Positions 47,837-56,639 of a DNA stretch of 64,000 nucleotides are shown one piece after another (position 1 is the first letter of the stretch; every line of letters begins with the position of its first letter). This stretch comes from a virus: the IMG/VR virus record IMGVR_UViG_3300008117_000001; one strand, 5' to 3'. Both the position numbers and the translations under genes were made by a program. The notes under the pieces are model-generated. The model did no database searches and was not told the origin of the DNA. It worked only from the letters and a program-made list of their open reading frames with translations.

Positions 47837-48440
47837 TACCTATTACGATCCATTAACTAATAGGACGTTATTTGTTAGGCCAAAACCTTTTTTGTTGAAA
47901 AATGTTTTTTCTGATGAAGATTTTTTAAATATTAAAAATAAAATTCAGTTTGAAAAAGATAACAGCATTCTACAATACGCAAAGTTCTTGGGAAGATTTT
48001 CTATTATCAAAGAAAATTTTCTTCAAGATGAACATAATATTCTTTTGGAAAAGGCAAGGGGGATATTTTCTAAAGACCTTCTACCAACTTACTGCGCATA
48101 TGGCTTGTATAAAGGATTTAGAGCTAATCTACCCAAACACGTAGATGATAATGGTTGCACTTATACGATTGATCTATGTGTGTCTTATAAAACTCGCTGG
48201 CCCATTTTTGTAGAAGGCCAAGAATTTGATCCACAAGAAAATGAGGCTGTATGCTATTATGGTGAGGATCAATATCATTGGAGAAATGAATTTACTGATC
48301 CATCAAATAATGAGGTTGAAATGATTTTTTTCCACTTTGCAGAACCAGAACATTGGTATTTTACGATTGGTCCAAATCATAAAGAAGAAATTGTAAGATT
48401 AAGAATTGAGCACGAGAATAAGATTGGAAAAATAAAATGA
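47817..48440 (+). CDS. 2OG-Fe(II) oxygenase
   Basis: LPKHVD, YYGEDQYHWR, IFFHF. Confidence 0.8.
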   Translation: MTTKNLDTYYDPLTNRTLFVRPKPFLLKNVFSDEDFLNIKNKIQFEKDNSILQYAKFLGRFSIIKENFLQDEHNILLEKARGIFSKDLLPTYCAYGLYKGFRANLPKHVDDNGCTYTIDLCVSYKTRWPIFVEGQEFDPQENEAVCYYGEDQYHWRNEFTDPSNNEVEMIFFHFAEPEHWYFTIGPNHKEEIVRLRIEHENKIGKIK

Positions 48441-48724
48441 AAATTCTATTTAATAAGATCCTTGCAGCATTAAAAACTGCTAGTAGCAGATCTTACTGGA
48501 ACAAGGTTAATACTGTAGAAGCGTGGGGGTTTGCGACTAAGATCGCTATTATTTTCCCAGGACTTTTATTTGGCTATCAATGGTGGTGGCTGTATATTTT
48601 CGCAATTGCATCAAGCCTATCTTTAATCTGGACATCAACAGAAAAGACTCTGCCAACTATTATTTTGTTCAATGTGTTGTGGGTTATTTTGGCAACAACG
48701 GCGATTGTTAGGCACTTCGTATGA
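48437..48724 (+). CDS. multi-TM membrane protein
   Basis: Three hydrophobic segments in 95 aa. Confidence 0.7.
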   Translation: MKILFNKILAALKTASSRSYWNKVNTVEAWGFATKIAIIFPGLLFGYQWWWLYIFAIASSLSLIWTSTEKTLPTIILFNVLWVILATTAIVRHFV

Positions 48725-49494
48725 TCTCAATTATAACACCTACATATAACACAGATAAAAGTGTTCTTGCTCGAACCTGGGCGTCTTTAAAAGCTCAAAC
48801 ATATACGGATTGGGAATGGGTCATTATAGACGACTCTACTAATGAAAATGTCTGGCATCAGGTATATGGCTTTGCTTCCGACGAAAGATATAAAATTCAA
48901 ATGCACAAGAGTCATGTCCACTCTGGAAACATAGGCCTGAATAAAAGACGTGGATTTATGCTTGCAGAGGGGCAAATACTTGTTGAGCTAGATCATGACG
49001 ATGTGCTTACTGCAGACGCTCTACAGGAGATTTACGAGGCATTCCAGGCCAATCCTGAGGTAGGCTTTGTCTATTCTGATTGGTGCGAGATTTTGCCTGA
49101 TGGACAATCTGGAGTTTATCCTAAAGGTTGGGCTTTTGGATATGGCTCAGAGTACTGGTCTGAGGAGCATGGCGTTTGGGTTATGTCTTCCCCGGAAATA
49201 AATCCAACTACCATGAAGCATATTGTTTCTGCGCCCAACCATGTTAGAGCCTGGAGATCAAGCCTGTACCACCAGCTGGGTGGCCATAATCCAGACTACG
49301 AAGTTGCCGATGACTATGAATTAATTGTTAGAACGTTTTTAGCAACTAAGTTTTATCATATTAAAAAACTACTGTATAAACAGTACATCAGCCCCGCTAC
49401 TGCGCAAAGACAAAAGAATGATTTGATTCAAAAATATGTAGCTGACATTTCAGCTAGGTACTCTGATGATATAGATAAGGTTTTCCAGATTTAA
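48721..49494 (+). CDS. glycosyltransferase family 2
   Basis: SIITPTYN, VIIDDS, VELDHDD, ADDYEL. Confidence 0.9.
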   Translation: MISIITPTYNTDKSVLARTWASLKAQTYTDWEWVIIDDSTNENVWHQVYGFASDERYKIQMHKSHVHSGNIGLNKRRGFMLAEGQILVELDHDDVLTADALQEIYEAFQANPEVGFVYSDWCEILPDGQSGVYPKGWAFGYGSEYWSEEHGVWVMSSPEINPTTMKHIVSAPNHVRAWRSSLYHQLGGHNPDYEVADDYELIVRTFLATKFYHIKKLLYKQYISPATAQRQKNDLIQKYVADISARYSDDIDKVFQI

Positions 49495-49557
49495 AAGTTT
49501 TTTTAAAAAGGAAAAAGGGCTTCAAAATTTTTTTCTGATTTTACCCTATATAGGACT

Positions 49558-49884
49558 TCAGTCCATGGGTGGTCTGCGTATTTGCAAAGAGCTACTACGA
49601 CCACCTAGCCCAAAAAGACCTTTTCTTGTGTCTGTTTTAAGGAAGTTTGGATTATCATAAGTTGTAGTAGAACCAAACATTCCGCCACGACCACGTGGAC
49701 TTCTAGTAACCATTGTGCTTGGGCTCATTGGGGCTCTTGGCATTCTCCTGGCCTGACCAGCGGTTTGACCCATGAAATCGTTAATAGCCCTTCCTCCGCC
49801 ACCACCAGGCGACATAACGTCTTGAAATGCTCCCATCATTCTCATTCCAGCTCTTGATAATCTACTGTTTCCAAAACCAGGCAT
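49558..49884 (-). CDS. Gly/Arg/Met-rich low-complexity protein
   Basis: 108 aa; GGAG SD and GTTACTAT motif upstream. Confidence 0.7.
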   Translation of the reverse strand: MPGFGNSRLSRAGMRMMGAFQDVMSPGGGGGRAINDFMGQTAGQARRMPRAPMSPSTMVTRSPRGRGGMFGSTTTYDNPNFLKTDTRKGLFGLGGRSSSLQIRRPPMD

Positions 49885-49900
49885 TTCTTGTTCTCCTTGA

Positions 49901-50245
49901 CTAATACTTATTTATAACATAATCTATAGTAACGATATTTCCGTCAGTAAACTTTGCTATAAAGTCTATAATATGAATAGTATCGTCATTTTTATATGTT
50001 GTATAGAAATTGAGAAATCCGTGAAAATCCACATCTTTATATGGAGACAACTCCATGCTGCGCTTATCTGACCAGCTAAGTTCTCTGTATAAAAGTCTTC
50101 CTGAAGTAGATATTAAGTAACTGTCCATCATACAATGGAGATCTTTGCTCTGGAATTCGTGCCCGGGCGAAAATGACAATTCCTGGTCATTTACAATGAT
50201 TTTAGGAAGATCATATTGTACATATATTGAATCAAACATTCCCAT
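49901..50245 (-). CDS. conserved hypothetical phage protein
   Basis: MGMFD..FQSKDL.C.MD.Y..GRL..F.AKFTDG. Confidence 0.75.
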   Translation of the reverse strand: MGMFDSIYVQYDLPKIIVNDQELSFSPGHEFQSKDLHCMMDSYLISTSGRLLYRELSWSDKRSMELSPYKDVDFHGFLNFYTTYKNDDTIHIIDFIAKFTDGNIVTIDYVINKY

Positions 50246-50395
50246 TTGGGGCCCCGATCTTAGGTCTATTCTTTTTTTAATAATTAATAATTAGACTTAT
50301 CTTTTTTGTATGTATAATAAAGAAATTAATTTTTTCCAAAGAAAAAGGAAGAAATAAAAATAAGACTTGTAGCTAGTAATAGGCCAGTAATAAGG

Positions 50396-50542
50396 TCAAT
50401 CATTTTTGTCTATTTTCTGTTGATTTTCAATTTCTTTTCTGAACACAGAAGCTAAAGTTTTTATAAGTATAGTTGAGGAAAAAAGAATAGCTAAGAAAGT
50501 TAAAGTCATGCTAAATATATTGGGGGCTTGTTGAGCTATCAT
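50396..50542 (-). CDS. small membrane peptide (48 aa)
   Basis: Own translation MIAQQAPNIFSMTLTFLAILFSSTILIK...; TGATATAAT promoter-like element upstream. Confidence 0.45.
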   Translation of the reverse strand: MIAQQAPNIFSMTLTFLAILFSSTILIKTLASVFRKEIENQQKIDKND

Positions 50543-50577
50543 AATACCATCCTTTATATAAAGATAGTAATATTATA

Positions 50578-50844
50578 TCATAAATACAAAGTATGAGTTT
50601 GATGAGCTATTGTTTCTTCGTCATCAATCATCTCAAATTTGTCAATACCGGGTATAATTCCCAAACGATGACCGTCATCCCAGTCAACATGAAGTGTGTC
50701 AAAATCGTCTATAAACGCTATGGTCCCAGTGGCACCTGATTGTATATCGGTGTAAAGATCCTCAATTTTAATTGCCCGAATTCTCTGGCCAATCTTGTAA
50801 TTCTTTGAACGCTTCATTTTCTTTGGAAATAGCTTTCGCATCAT
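50578..50844 (-). CDS. DUF4314-like protein
   Basis: GATGTIAFIDDFDTLHVDWDDG..LGIIPGID.F. Confidence 0.75.
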   Translation of the reverse strand: MMRKLFPKKMKRSKNYKIGQRIRAIKIEDLYTDIQSGATGTIAFIDDFDTLHVDWDDGHRLGIIPGIDKFEMIDDEETIAHQTHTLYL

Positions 50845-50974
50845 GGTTAATATATTCTATACCGGTAATGTGGTCTGGATAAGCTGTCGCATACAAGGAC
50901 ATCGTTGTAGCCTCCCCCTCGGAGTCCGCTTCTACAACGAGTGTCCTTGTAATACGAACAATATATTTAGCCAT
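50768..50974 (-). CDS. hypothetical protein
   Basis: VVEADSEGEA motif; GGAAG SD. Confidence 0.6.
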   Translation of the reverse strand: MAKYIVRITRTLVVEADSEGEATTMSLYATAYPDHITGIEYINHDAKAISKENEAFKELQDWPENSGN

Positions 50975-51028
50975 AAATATCTTCCCTAAATTAGAGATTC
51001 AAGAAAGATAGTAACGGCAAATACATAA

Positions 51029-51370
51029 TCAGCCAAGCATGACCCAAAGATCAAACATCTTTGTTGTCTCGTTGTAAAGAGAAGATGATGAAATGGTCAA
51101 GTTGTCTTTTTTGGCGCGCGTATACAAAGATACACGAAGCGAAGCAAGCTGCTGCTTTGAGGTAATCGGAATGTTCACATGGAACCATTCGTTACGATTA
51201 GTGATCAGTTCATTATAGATGGTGCTGATTACAGGATTGCGACGACGACCCTTACCGCTATTCATGGGGGGCTCACCTTTAATCCTGGTGAGAAGCTTTG
51301 TAGGCTCTGAGATTCCAAACTTACGGGGGTTTGACTCTATCTGAGTCTCAACGCTAGGCTGAATGGCCAT
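51029..51370 (-). CDS. hypothetical protein (possible DNA-binding)
   Basis: 113 aa, AAGGAG SD, KGRRR basic patch. Confidence 0.7.
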   Translation of the reverse strand: MAIQPSVETQIESNPRKFGISEPTKLLTRIKGEPPMNSGKGRRRNPVISTIYNELITNRNEWFHVNIPITSKQQLASLRVSLYTRAKKDNLTISSSSLYNETTKMFDLWVMLG

Positions 51371-51429
51371 GGTGATTTCTCCTTGTTAAGGTTTTTTCCT
51401 GTATCTTTTATTGGACAATAGGTTGTTAA

Positions 51430-51609
51430 TTAGGACTTATTGATTTGGGTAATCAACTGCTTTAAAAGCCCTTTAATTTCTTTAAGCTCCTCAACTACAT
51501 CTGAAAGTAAGTCAGACTGGTTTTGGGAAGCTATTGCCTGAGAGCGATGACGCAACTCTTCATTTGCAGCTTTGGCATTTTCTGTGCCAATGTCTCTCCA
51601 TGTTCTCAT
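51430..51609 (-). CDS. small coiled-coil protein (59 aa)
   Basis: Own translation MRTWRDIGTEN...EIKGLLKQLITQINKS; AAGGAG SD. Confidence 0.65.
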   Translation of the reverse strand: MRTWRDIGTENAKAANEELRHRSQAIASQNQSDLLSDVVEELKEIKGLLKQLITQINKS

Positions 51610-51637
51610 GAAGTCTCCTTATGTTGAATGTTTATTT

Positions 51638-52105
51638 TTAACAAAACCATTTTTTAATATAAGGTGTCACTTCGGCATCGATTCCATTGACAACACTTAA
51701 CATTTGTGGAGTGGGATTTGGATTATTAAATTCCGCAAAACGCTTTGGAACATAATAAGTTATTTCTCCACTAACATCAACATACCAAGTTACAGATTGC
51801 AATTCAGTACTTGAGCAGTTTATTGGCAGAGACCAAAAAGCAGATATGGCAGTAAGTCCTTGGCCAAGAAACTCAGTTTTATTTTTATAGTCCCAAGAAA
51901 CAAGAATGTCAATTGTATTAGGCTGAAAAGATTGACTGACTACGCAAAATGTGTGTTCATTTTCATAGCCAACGTTTCGTTCTTCGCAATAATTATATGA
52001 ATCTGGTTTTTCTGTGCAGGAAAAAAGAAATAAAGAAAAAAACAATATAATTAATATTTTAAATTTTTTAATAGGTTTGATAATTAAGTTCATAATAAGT
52101 ATCAT
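51638..52105 (-). CDS. putative lipoprotein
   Basis: KKFKILIILFFSLFLFSC lipobox-like signal. Confidence 0.65.
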   Translation of the reverse strand: MILIMNLIIKPIKKFKILIILFFSLFLFSCTEKPDSYNYCEERNVGYENEHTFCVVSQSFQPNTIDILVSWDYKNKTEFLGQGLTAISAFWSLPINCSSTELQSVTWYVDVSGEITYYVPKRFAEFNNPNPTPQMLSVVNGIDAEVTPYIKKWFC

Positions 52106-52761
52106 TTTTTTTTAATGTTTAAATTAGCAATGTTATCGTCTTCAAAAATTTGATCTAAAGAACCTTTAACTTTAGCTAAATTAATTTGATGATTATTCTG
52201 TTGTGCAATCAATGGCATGACAGCGTCAAGTATGTTTTTGCCGTTTTGAGCATCTATTTTTTGTTGAGCTAAAATAAATCCACGTTCATCTTGGAGTTGA
52301 GTATATTCATAGTCGCGAGTTTCCTTAAGTAGAGAAAAATTAATTTTTTCCATTTCTTCAACATGAACATTGTCAATTTTAGATTTTTCTAAAACTTCTA
52401 GTTTATATTTTTCAGTTTCAATCTTATGTTGAAGTTCAAGATTTTTTAATTTACGATTGTATGAAGTATGTCTTATATAGACAAATAATGTTACAAGAGT
52501 TAGGACCAATAAGGAAACTGACCATATAAGTATTAAGGTATCATTATCGTTATTGTTATTCACGGGAATTCTTTCTATAATCACTGAAGGTGTAGTTGTT
52601 GATGGAATAGGTGGCGAGGTTGTAGATACGGGTACAACTGGCTTTGGAGGAGTAGTGCTATTTATGATTTCATCAGCCCATGGCGGTAGTGTGCGAGGTG
52701 TGATTGGAGTAGTGTTATTTACTCGGTCATCCAGCCAAGGAAGCAGTGTGCGAGGTGTCAT
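52102..52761 (-). CDS. single-TM protein with Pro/Thr-rich N-terminus
   Basis: Duplicated TPRTL.PW.D.; TM LILIWSVSLLVLTLVTLFVYI; coiled-coil tail. Confidence 0.7.
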   Translation of the reverse strand: MTPRTLLPWLDDRVNNTTPITPRTLPPWADEIINSTTPPKPVVPVSTTSPPIPSTTTPSVIIERIPVNNNNDNDTLILIWSVSLLVLTLVTLFVYIRHTSYNRKLKNLELQHKIETEKYKLEVLEKSKIDNVHVEEMEKINFSLLKETRDYEYTQLQDERGFILAQQKIDAQNGKNILDAVMPLIAQQNNHQINLAKVKGSLDQIFEDDNIANLNIKKK

Positions 52762-53285
52762 TATTTATTCTTAATCCATCGTATTATCAAGAATAAATTC
52801 CATAATATTAATGAGAAAATAGCAATAAAAGGATAAGGAGCTGCGTCAAGGTTGTGGCCAAGACTATCTCCAATAAAAAACACTGGTAGCCAAACAAAAA
52901 GTTGTGGAGGCAAAATACAGATACACATAAAAGCCATAAAAAAGGGAATAGATAAAAGAATTGGAAGAATAATACTAAGATAAAATCCTGACTTTAAATA
53001 GGTTTCAAAAGAACTACAATCTTGAAAAAGGTTAGCTTCTTTTAAATTTATTTCCTGCCAAAGATCTTGACTTGGAATGCAGGATACTTGAGAGGTAAGC
53101 ATAAAATTAGATTTAGTGTTATACAAAAACGCAACAGGTACATGAATAAAGTATAGATAATAAAGAAAAAATAAAGATATTTTTCCTAAAGGTTTTTGAA
53201 CAAATGGTTTTATATCATCTTTCCAAATTTCGTTAAGAATATTCATAATAAATACTTTCCATATTAAATGTTTCTTCTTTCCCAT
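52761..53285 (-). CDS. multi-TM membrane protein
   Basis: Three or four hydrophobic segments. Confidence 0.7.
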   Translation of the reverse strand: MGKKKHLIWKVFIMNILNEIWKDDIKPFVQKPLGKISLFFLYYLYFIHVPVAFLYNTKSNFMLTSQVSCIPSQDLWQEINLKEANLFQDCSSFETYLKSGFYLSIILPILLSIPFFMAFMCICILPPQLFVWLPVFFIGDSLGHNLDAAPYPFIAIFSLILWNLFLIIRWIKNK

Positions 53286-53944
53286 TCTTCAAGACTAATT
53301 ACAAGTGGTTTGTCAATGTAATAATCGTCTTCGGGAAAGTAATAACCATGTTTAATAATTACTGCAGGAGTACCTTGTGGATGATCAGAGTCGTGACAAG
53401 CGTGATCTACGGAAACTTGTTCGCCAAATGTCCCGACTGATTCAATGCCCAATCTCTTTAAACCATGATCATAAAAAGTAATGTGCTCACGATAGATATC
53501 TTCAAAGAGATCACCTTTGCCGGGGTTGTCTTTGATTATCTCCAAGCCCATCTCTAAATTCTGATGCTGCTTAATGATAAAACGAATAACATCCCAACGA
53601 GCGACTCTGCATTCTGACTCAATATTTCGTCGTTCCCTTACAACTAAATCGATAACAGCATTTTTTAATTTTTGTATTTGCTGCTCTTGATTTTTTATTT
53701 GATCATTTGTAGAATCCAAAGCTTCAGATAAAAAAGTATTTCGTTCTATAATTTCAGCGGTGTTGTCTGAGATAGCTGTAGTTGGATATTTTGGAAAAAC
53801 CATTGCTTGGGCATCTTTTACACAAGAATCATTTGTGCAATAGCGATAAAGACGCTCTGGGTGAATATTGGGTTTACCACAGTAAACACAAGTAAGATAT
53901 GTTTCAGTCATATTAGGAATTAATAGCCTCTGCGTATAATACAT
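53264..53944 (-). CDS. GrpE-like protein with N-terminal zinc finger
   Basis: CVYC..C; coiled coil; LKRLGIESVGTFGEQV..H..GT..IIKHGYY resembles the GrpE beta domain. Confidence 0.55.
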   Translation of the reverse strand: MYYTQRLLIPNMTETYLTCVYCGKPNIHPERLYRYCTNDSCVKDAQAMVFPKYPTTAISDNTAEIIERNTFLSEALDSTNDQIKNQEQQIQKLKNAVIDLVVRERRNIESECRVARWDVIRFIIKQHQNLEMGLEIIKDNPGKGDLFEDIYREHITFYDHGLKRLGIESVGTFGEQVSVDHACHDSDHPQGTPAVIIKHGYYFPEDDYYIDKPLVISLEEWERRNI

Positions 53945-54110
53945 TATACTGATTAGCTAGCTTGATTATTTCTTCTTGCGGAGCATTAGAAGCAACAGCC
54001 ATAGCTAGTTGGGATCCAAGAACACCAATCCTTTGCCATTTTTTGACTAAAAAATCAGGAGGTATTGGTTTTGGCTTTTCATATTTTGAAGGATATCTAC
54101 TGTAGGCCAT
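53913..54110 (-). CDS. hypothetical protein
   Basis: 65 aa ORF in a tiled operon. Confidence 0.55.
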   Translation of the reverse strand: MAYSRYPSKYEKPKPIPPDFLVKKWQRIGVLGSQLAMAVASNAPQEEIIKLANQYNVLYAEAINS

Positions 54111-54328
54111 CAGTTATCTTCAAAATTTTCTTTGTAAAAAAGAGCCATTTCATGGTCGATCTGCTTTCTGGTAACTTGCATGTCACGAGCATCAATATAC
54201 CAAAGTTTAAAATATTCTTCAGCAACAAATCTCCAACGATTAGCTTCTCTTTCCCAATATTTTACATCTTCTTGAGCACGAGAAACTGAAACTTGAAGAT
54301 CTTGAATTATTGCGTGAGACTCATCCAT
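54110..54328 (-). CDS. hypothetical coiled-coil protein
   Basis: 72 aa; YWEREANRWR. Confidence 0.6.
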   Translation of the reverse strand: MDESHAIIQDLQVSVSRAQEDVKYWEREANRWRFVAEEYFKLWYIDARDMQVTRKQIDHEMALFYKENFEDN

Positions 54329-54425
54329 TACTTGCTCTTATCAAGAAAGTTTTTGATAACAAATATATTACCTAAAATAAGAGTTGTTGCAAAAAAGAAT
54401 CCGGTAAAAAAATTCATGTTAACTC

Positions 54426-54755
54426 CTAACCAAAGTTAATGTGATCTATACTATCTATTATAACACGCAAAGCTTCATCTTCTAAAGCTTGCCAAGCGTT
54501 TTGCCAATCTTGCCTTAAAAGAATAGCATTATTAGGGTCATTATCCCAAGCTTGAGAATAATGGTTTTCTATTTCACAATAATCACTTATTACCTTGCGA
54601 ATGCGCTGAAGTTCAAGGTTTTCTGCAGCTAATTGTTGTTTAAGCTGCTGAATTTCCGCAATGGCGTCAATACATGCAGTAGGGATAATATTTCCAGCCA
54701 TTGGTCCACGTAAAGAAGCAATGTCTTCTAGCCGTTTTATAATATGATCACTCAT
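54426..54755 (-). CDS. hypothetical protein (DAIAEIQQL type)
   Basis: 109 aa; overlaps upstream stop. Confidence 0.65.
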   Translation of the reverse strand: MSDHIIKRLEDIASLRGPMAGNIIPTACIDAIAEIQQLKQQLAAENLELQRIRKVISDYCEIENHYSQAWDNDPNNAILLRQDWQNAWQALEDEALRVIIDSIDHINFG

Positions 54756-54930
54756 CGCGCAACTCCGTCCATGCGTCTAGCGCATCATCCCATTTGCCTG
54801 TACGAATGCCATGAGCGAGGGCATCGCCTGCTTTCCGTAACCGTTCAATCTCGTCGGCGGCTTGCTTCTTCAACTTGTCCATATGCTCATACTTACGGAG
54901 TAGACCAAGCACATCTAGGTCGTCACTCAC
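54748..54930 (-). CDS. hypothetical protein (AADEIERLR type), GTG start
   Basis: VSDDLDVLGLLRK..QAADEIERLRKA; distal part of the 54748..55023 ORF. Confidence 0.6.
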   Translation of the reverse strand: MSDDLDVLGLLRKYEHMDKLKKQAADEIERLRKAGDALAHGIRTGKWDDALDAWTELRDE

Positions 54931-55156
54931 CACGCACCGCCTTTTCGTAGGCAAGGTTGCATTTGTCCCATGCGCCGTCCAACCCAAGCCGATGGCGGTG
55001 TGTCGTTGCGAAGTCGTCGGCAATTATGCGCCATTTTGCGACTGCTTCCCGCAGTCGTTCAATCTCTTTAGCAGATGCTGTAAGTAAATGGTTTGGCCAC
55101 GTAGATTCAGCGGCTGAACGCAACATATCTACAATGTCATCTTGATCGTCAGTCAT
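54923..55156 (-). CDS. hypothetical protein (KEIERLR type)
   Basis: MTDDQDDIVDMLR..ASAKEIERLREA. Confidence 0.6.
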   Translation of the reverse strand: MTDDQDDIVDMLRSAAESTWPNHLLTASAKEIERLREAVAKWRIIADDFATTHRHRLGLDGAWDKCNLAYEKAVRGE

Positions 55157-55388
55157 TGCAGAGCTCCCAGTCTCCACACCACTCGTTACTTTCAACATGT
55201 GGCCACTTTGTACCTAGGCCTACGACAATAATTGGGGCATGCCTACGACATTCGTTTAACTTCTGTGCAGAATACGTTTCGTAATAAATGCAGTTAGAAC
55301 AAGTGTTATTAACTGTGATTAATTGATTTTCATATTCTGGTTCTTCAATTGGTTCGCGAAACAAAAGTTCTCCTTTATAATGATTCAT
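55149..55388 (-). CDS. four-Cys protein (CxxC..CRRHAP..WP.V..WC)
   Basis: CSNCIYY..ECRRHAP..KWPHVESNEWCGDW. Confidence 0.72.
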   Translation of the reverse strand: MNHYKGELLFREPIEEPEYENQLITVNNTCSNCIYYETYSAQKLNECRRHAPIIVVGLGTKWPHVESNEWCGDWELCND

Positions 55389-55393
55389 AATTA

Positions 55394-55705
55394 TCAGTCA
55401 TTATATTCGCTAACTAATTTAATAATCTGATTATGAAGATCAGCGACTTTTTCTACAGTAGATAAATCATTAGCATATCTAATGTAAATGTCTAAAACCT
55501 GACGACAATAAGCTATATCTCCAAGAGTTGGCGTAGTATTGGCATCAAAAGAAGTTAACCATATTTGCAACGCATCAGCGAGTGCATTCATGATGATGTT
55601 AGAATCTTCTATTTGTATAAAATAGTTTTTGTTGTTTTCTTCCAAAATAGAAACCTTATGGGTAAGAGCATTAATCATAGCTTGTTTCATGGCAATATGG
55701 TCCAC
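55394..55705 (-). CDS. hypothetical protein
   Basis: 103 aa ORF. Confidence 0.65.
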   Translation of the reverse strand: MDHIAMKQAMINALTHKVSILEENNKNYFIQIEDSNIIMNALADALQIWLTSFDANTTPTLGDIAYCRQVLDIYIRYANDLSTVEKVADLHNQIIKLVSEYND

Positions 55706-55801
55706 TAGTAGTCCTTAACGGTAGCAATGATGCGAGCAACAACAGTTATTGTCATTAAACAAAAAACTGCTAAAAGAGAAGTAATATAAAAGTTTGATTT
55801 T

Positions 55802-56077
55802 TTATTGATGCTCATAAAGCTCATTCATTTTGATACGAGTTTGCCAACGATCATATGCGTTGCGGACAGCAGGATGATCATAGATTACAATTGGCCATTG
55901 ATCCAAATTAATAAGAGCTACTATAGCTTCCTCTGTACCGCAATCAGAACATATTTCTGTTTTATTATCTATACGAGAAATTGCTCCTGGATACTCTCCG
56001 GCAAAAGCATTGCTGGGTATAAATCCTAAACAACGAGGACAAACTGGTTTATCTAACATATTTGAAAACCGCCACAA
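55802..56077 (-). CDS. zinc-finger protein
   Basis: CPRC..YPGAISRIDNKTEICSDCG. Confidence 0.7.
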   Translation of the reverse strand: MWRFSNMLDKPVCPRCLGFIPSNAFAGEYPGAISRIDNKTEICSDCGTEEAIVALINLDQWPIVIYDHPAVRNAYDRWQTRIKMNELYEHQ

Positions 56078-56547
56078 TCAAGTAAAAACTCTGAAAAGTT
56101 TGATATATTATCTAAAGTAAGATGATATGATGTTTGAAAGTTAGGAATATTACCAGTACCTTTGCATGAATGGCATTCCGGATTAGGATCTTTAGGTTGA
56201 GTTTTGGGAAATGGTATTTCTCCATCGTGAACAAAAGACTCTAAAAGAGAAACGCCAGTACAATGACACGGCTGATTGGAAAGATTATCCAAATAATCCT
56301 GACGTTTATCTATGTATTCTTGAGCTTCACCAGACTCTATTGATTTGCGCAAAGCAAAACCAAGCTTGCGAGAATTAACAGAATTAAGACCATCACCATC
56401 ATTACTGTGAGCGTACTTAACTTTATTGGCTATATCAGGAAGAACATGAATACAGTAATCCCACAAAGGGTGCCAATACCAAACATTGTTACGAAAATAG
56501 GATCCTTTTTCTGTTTTTGGATTCTTTCCGAAAACATCCATTCCCAT
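56053..56547 (-). CDS. conserved hypothetical phage protein with CxxCxGxG finger
   Basis: YFRNNVWYWHPLW; CHC and CHSCKGTG; FL..CGGFQIC. Confidence 0.78.
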   Translation of the reverse strand: MGMDVFGKNPKTEKGSYFRNNVWYWHPLWDYCIHVLPDIANKVKYAHSNDGDGLNSVNSRKLGFALRKSIESGEAQEYIDKRQDYLDNLSNQPCHCTGVSLLESFVHDGEIPFPKTQPKDPNPECHSCKGTGNIPNFQTSYHLTLDNISNFSEFLLDCGGFQIC

Positions 56548-56566
56548 GGTTACCTCCAGTGTTTTG

Positions 56567-56639
56567 CTCCGAGAGCAGGGCTCGAACCTGCGACCCGCTG
56601 ATTAACAGTCAGCTGCTCTGCCAACTGAGCTATCTCGGA
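56567..56639 (-). tRNA. tRNA-Asn (GTT)
   Basis: TCCGAGA/TCTCGGA+G acceptor; GCTC D-arm; GCTGA-CTGTTAA-TCAGC; GGTTCGAGCCC T-arm; no CCA. Confidence 0.95.
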
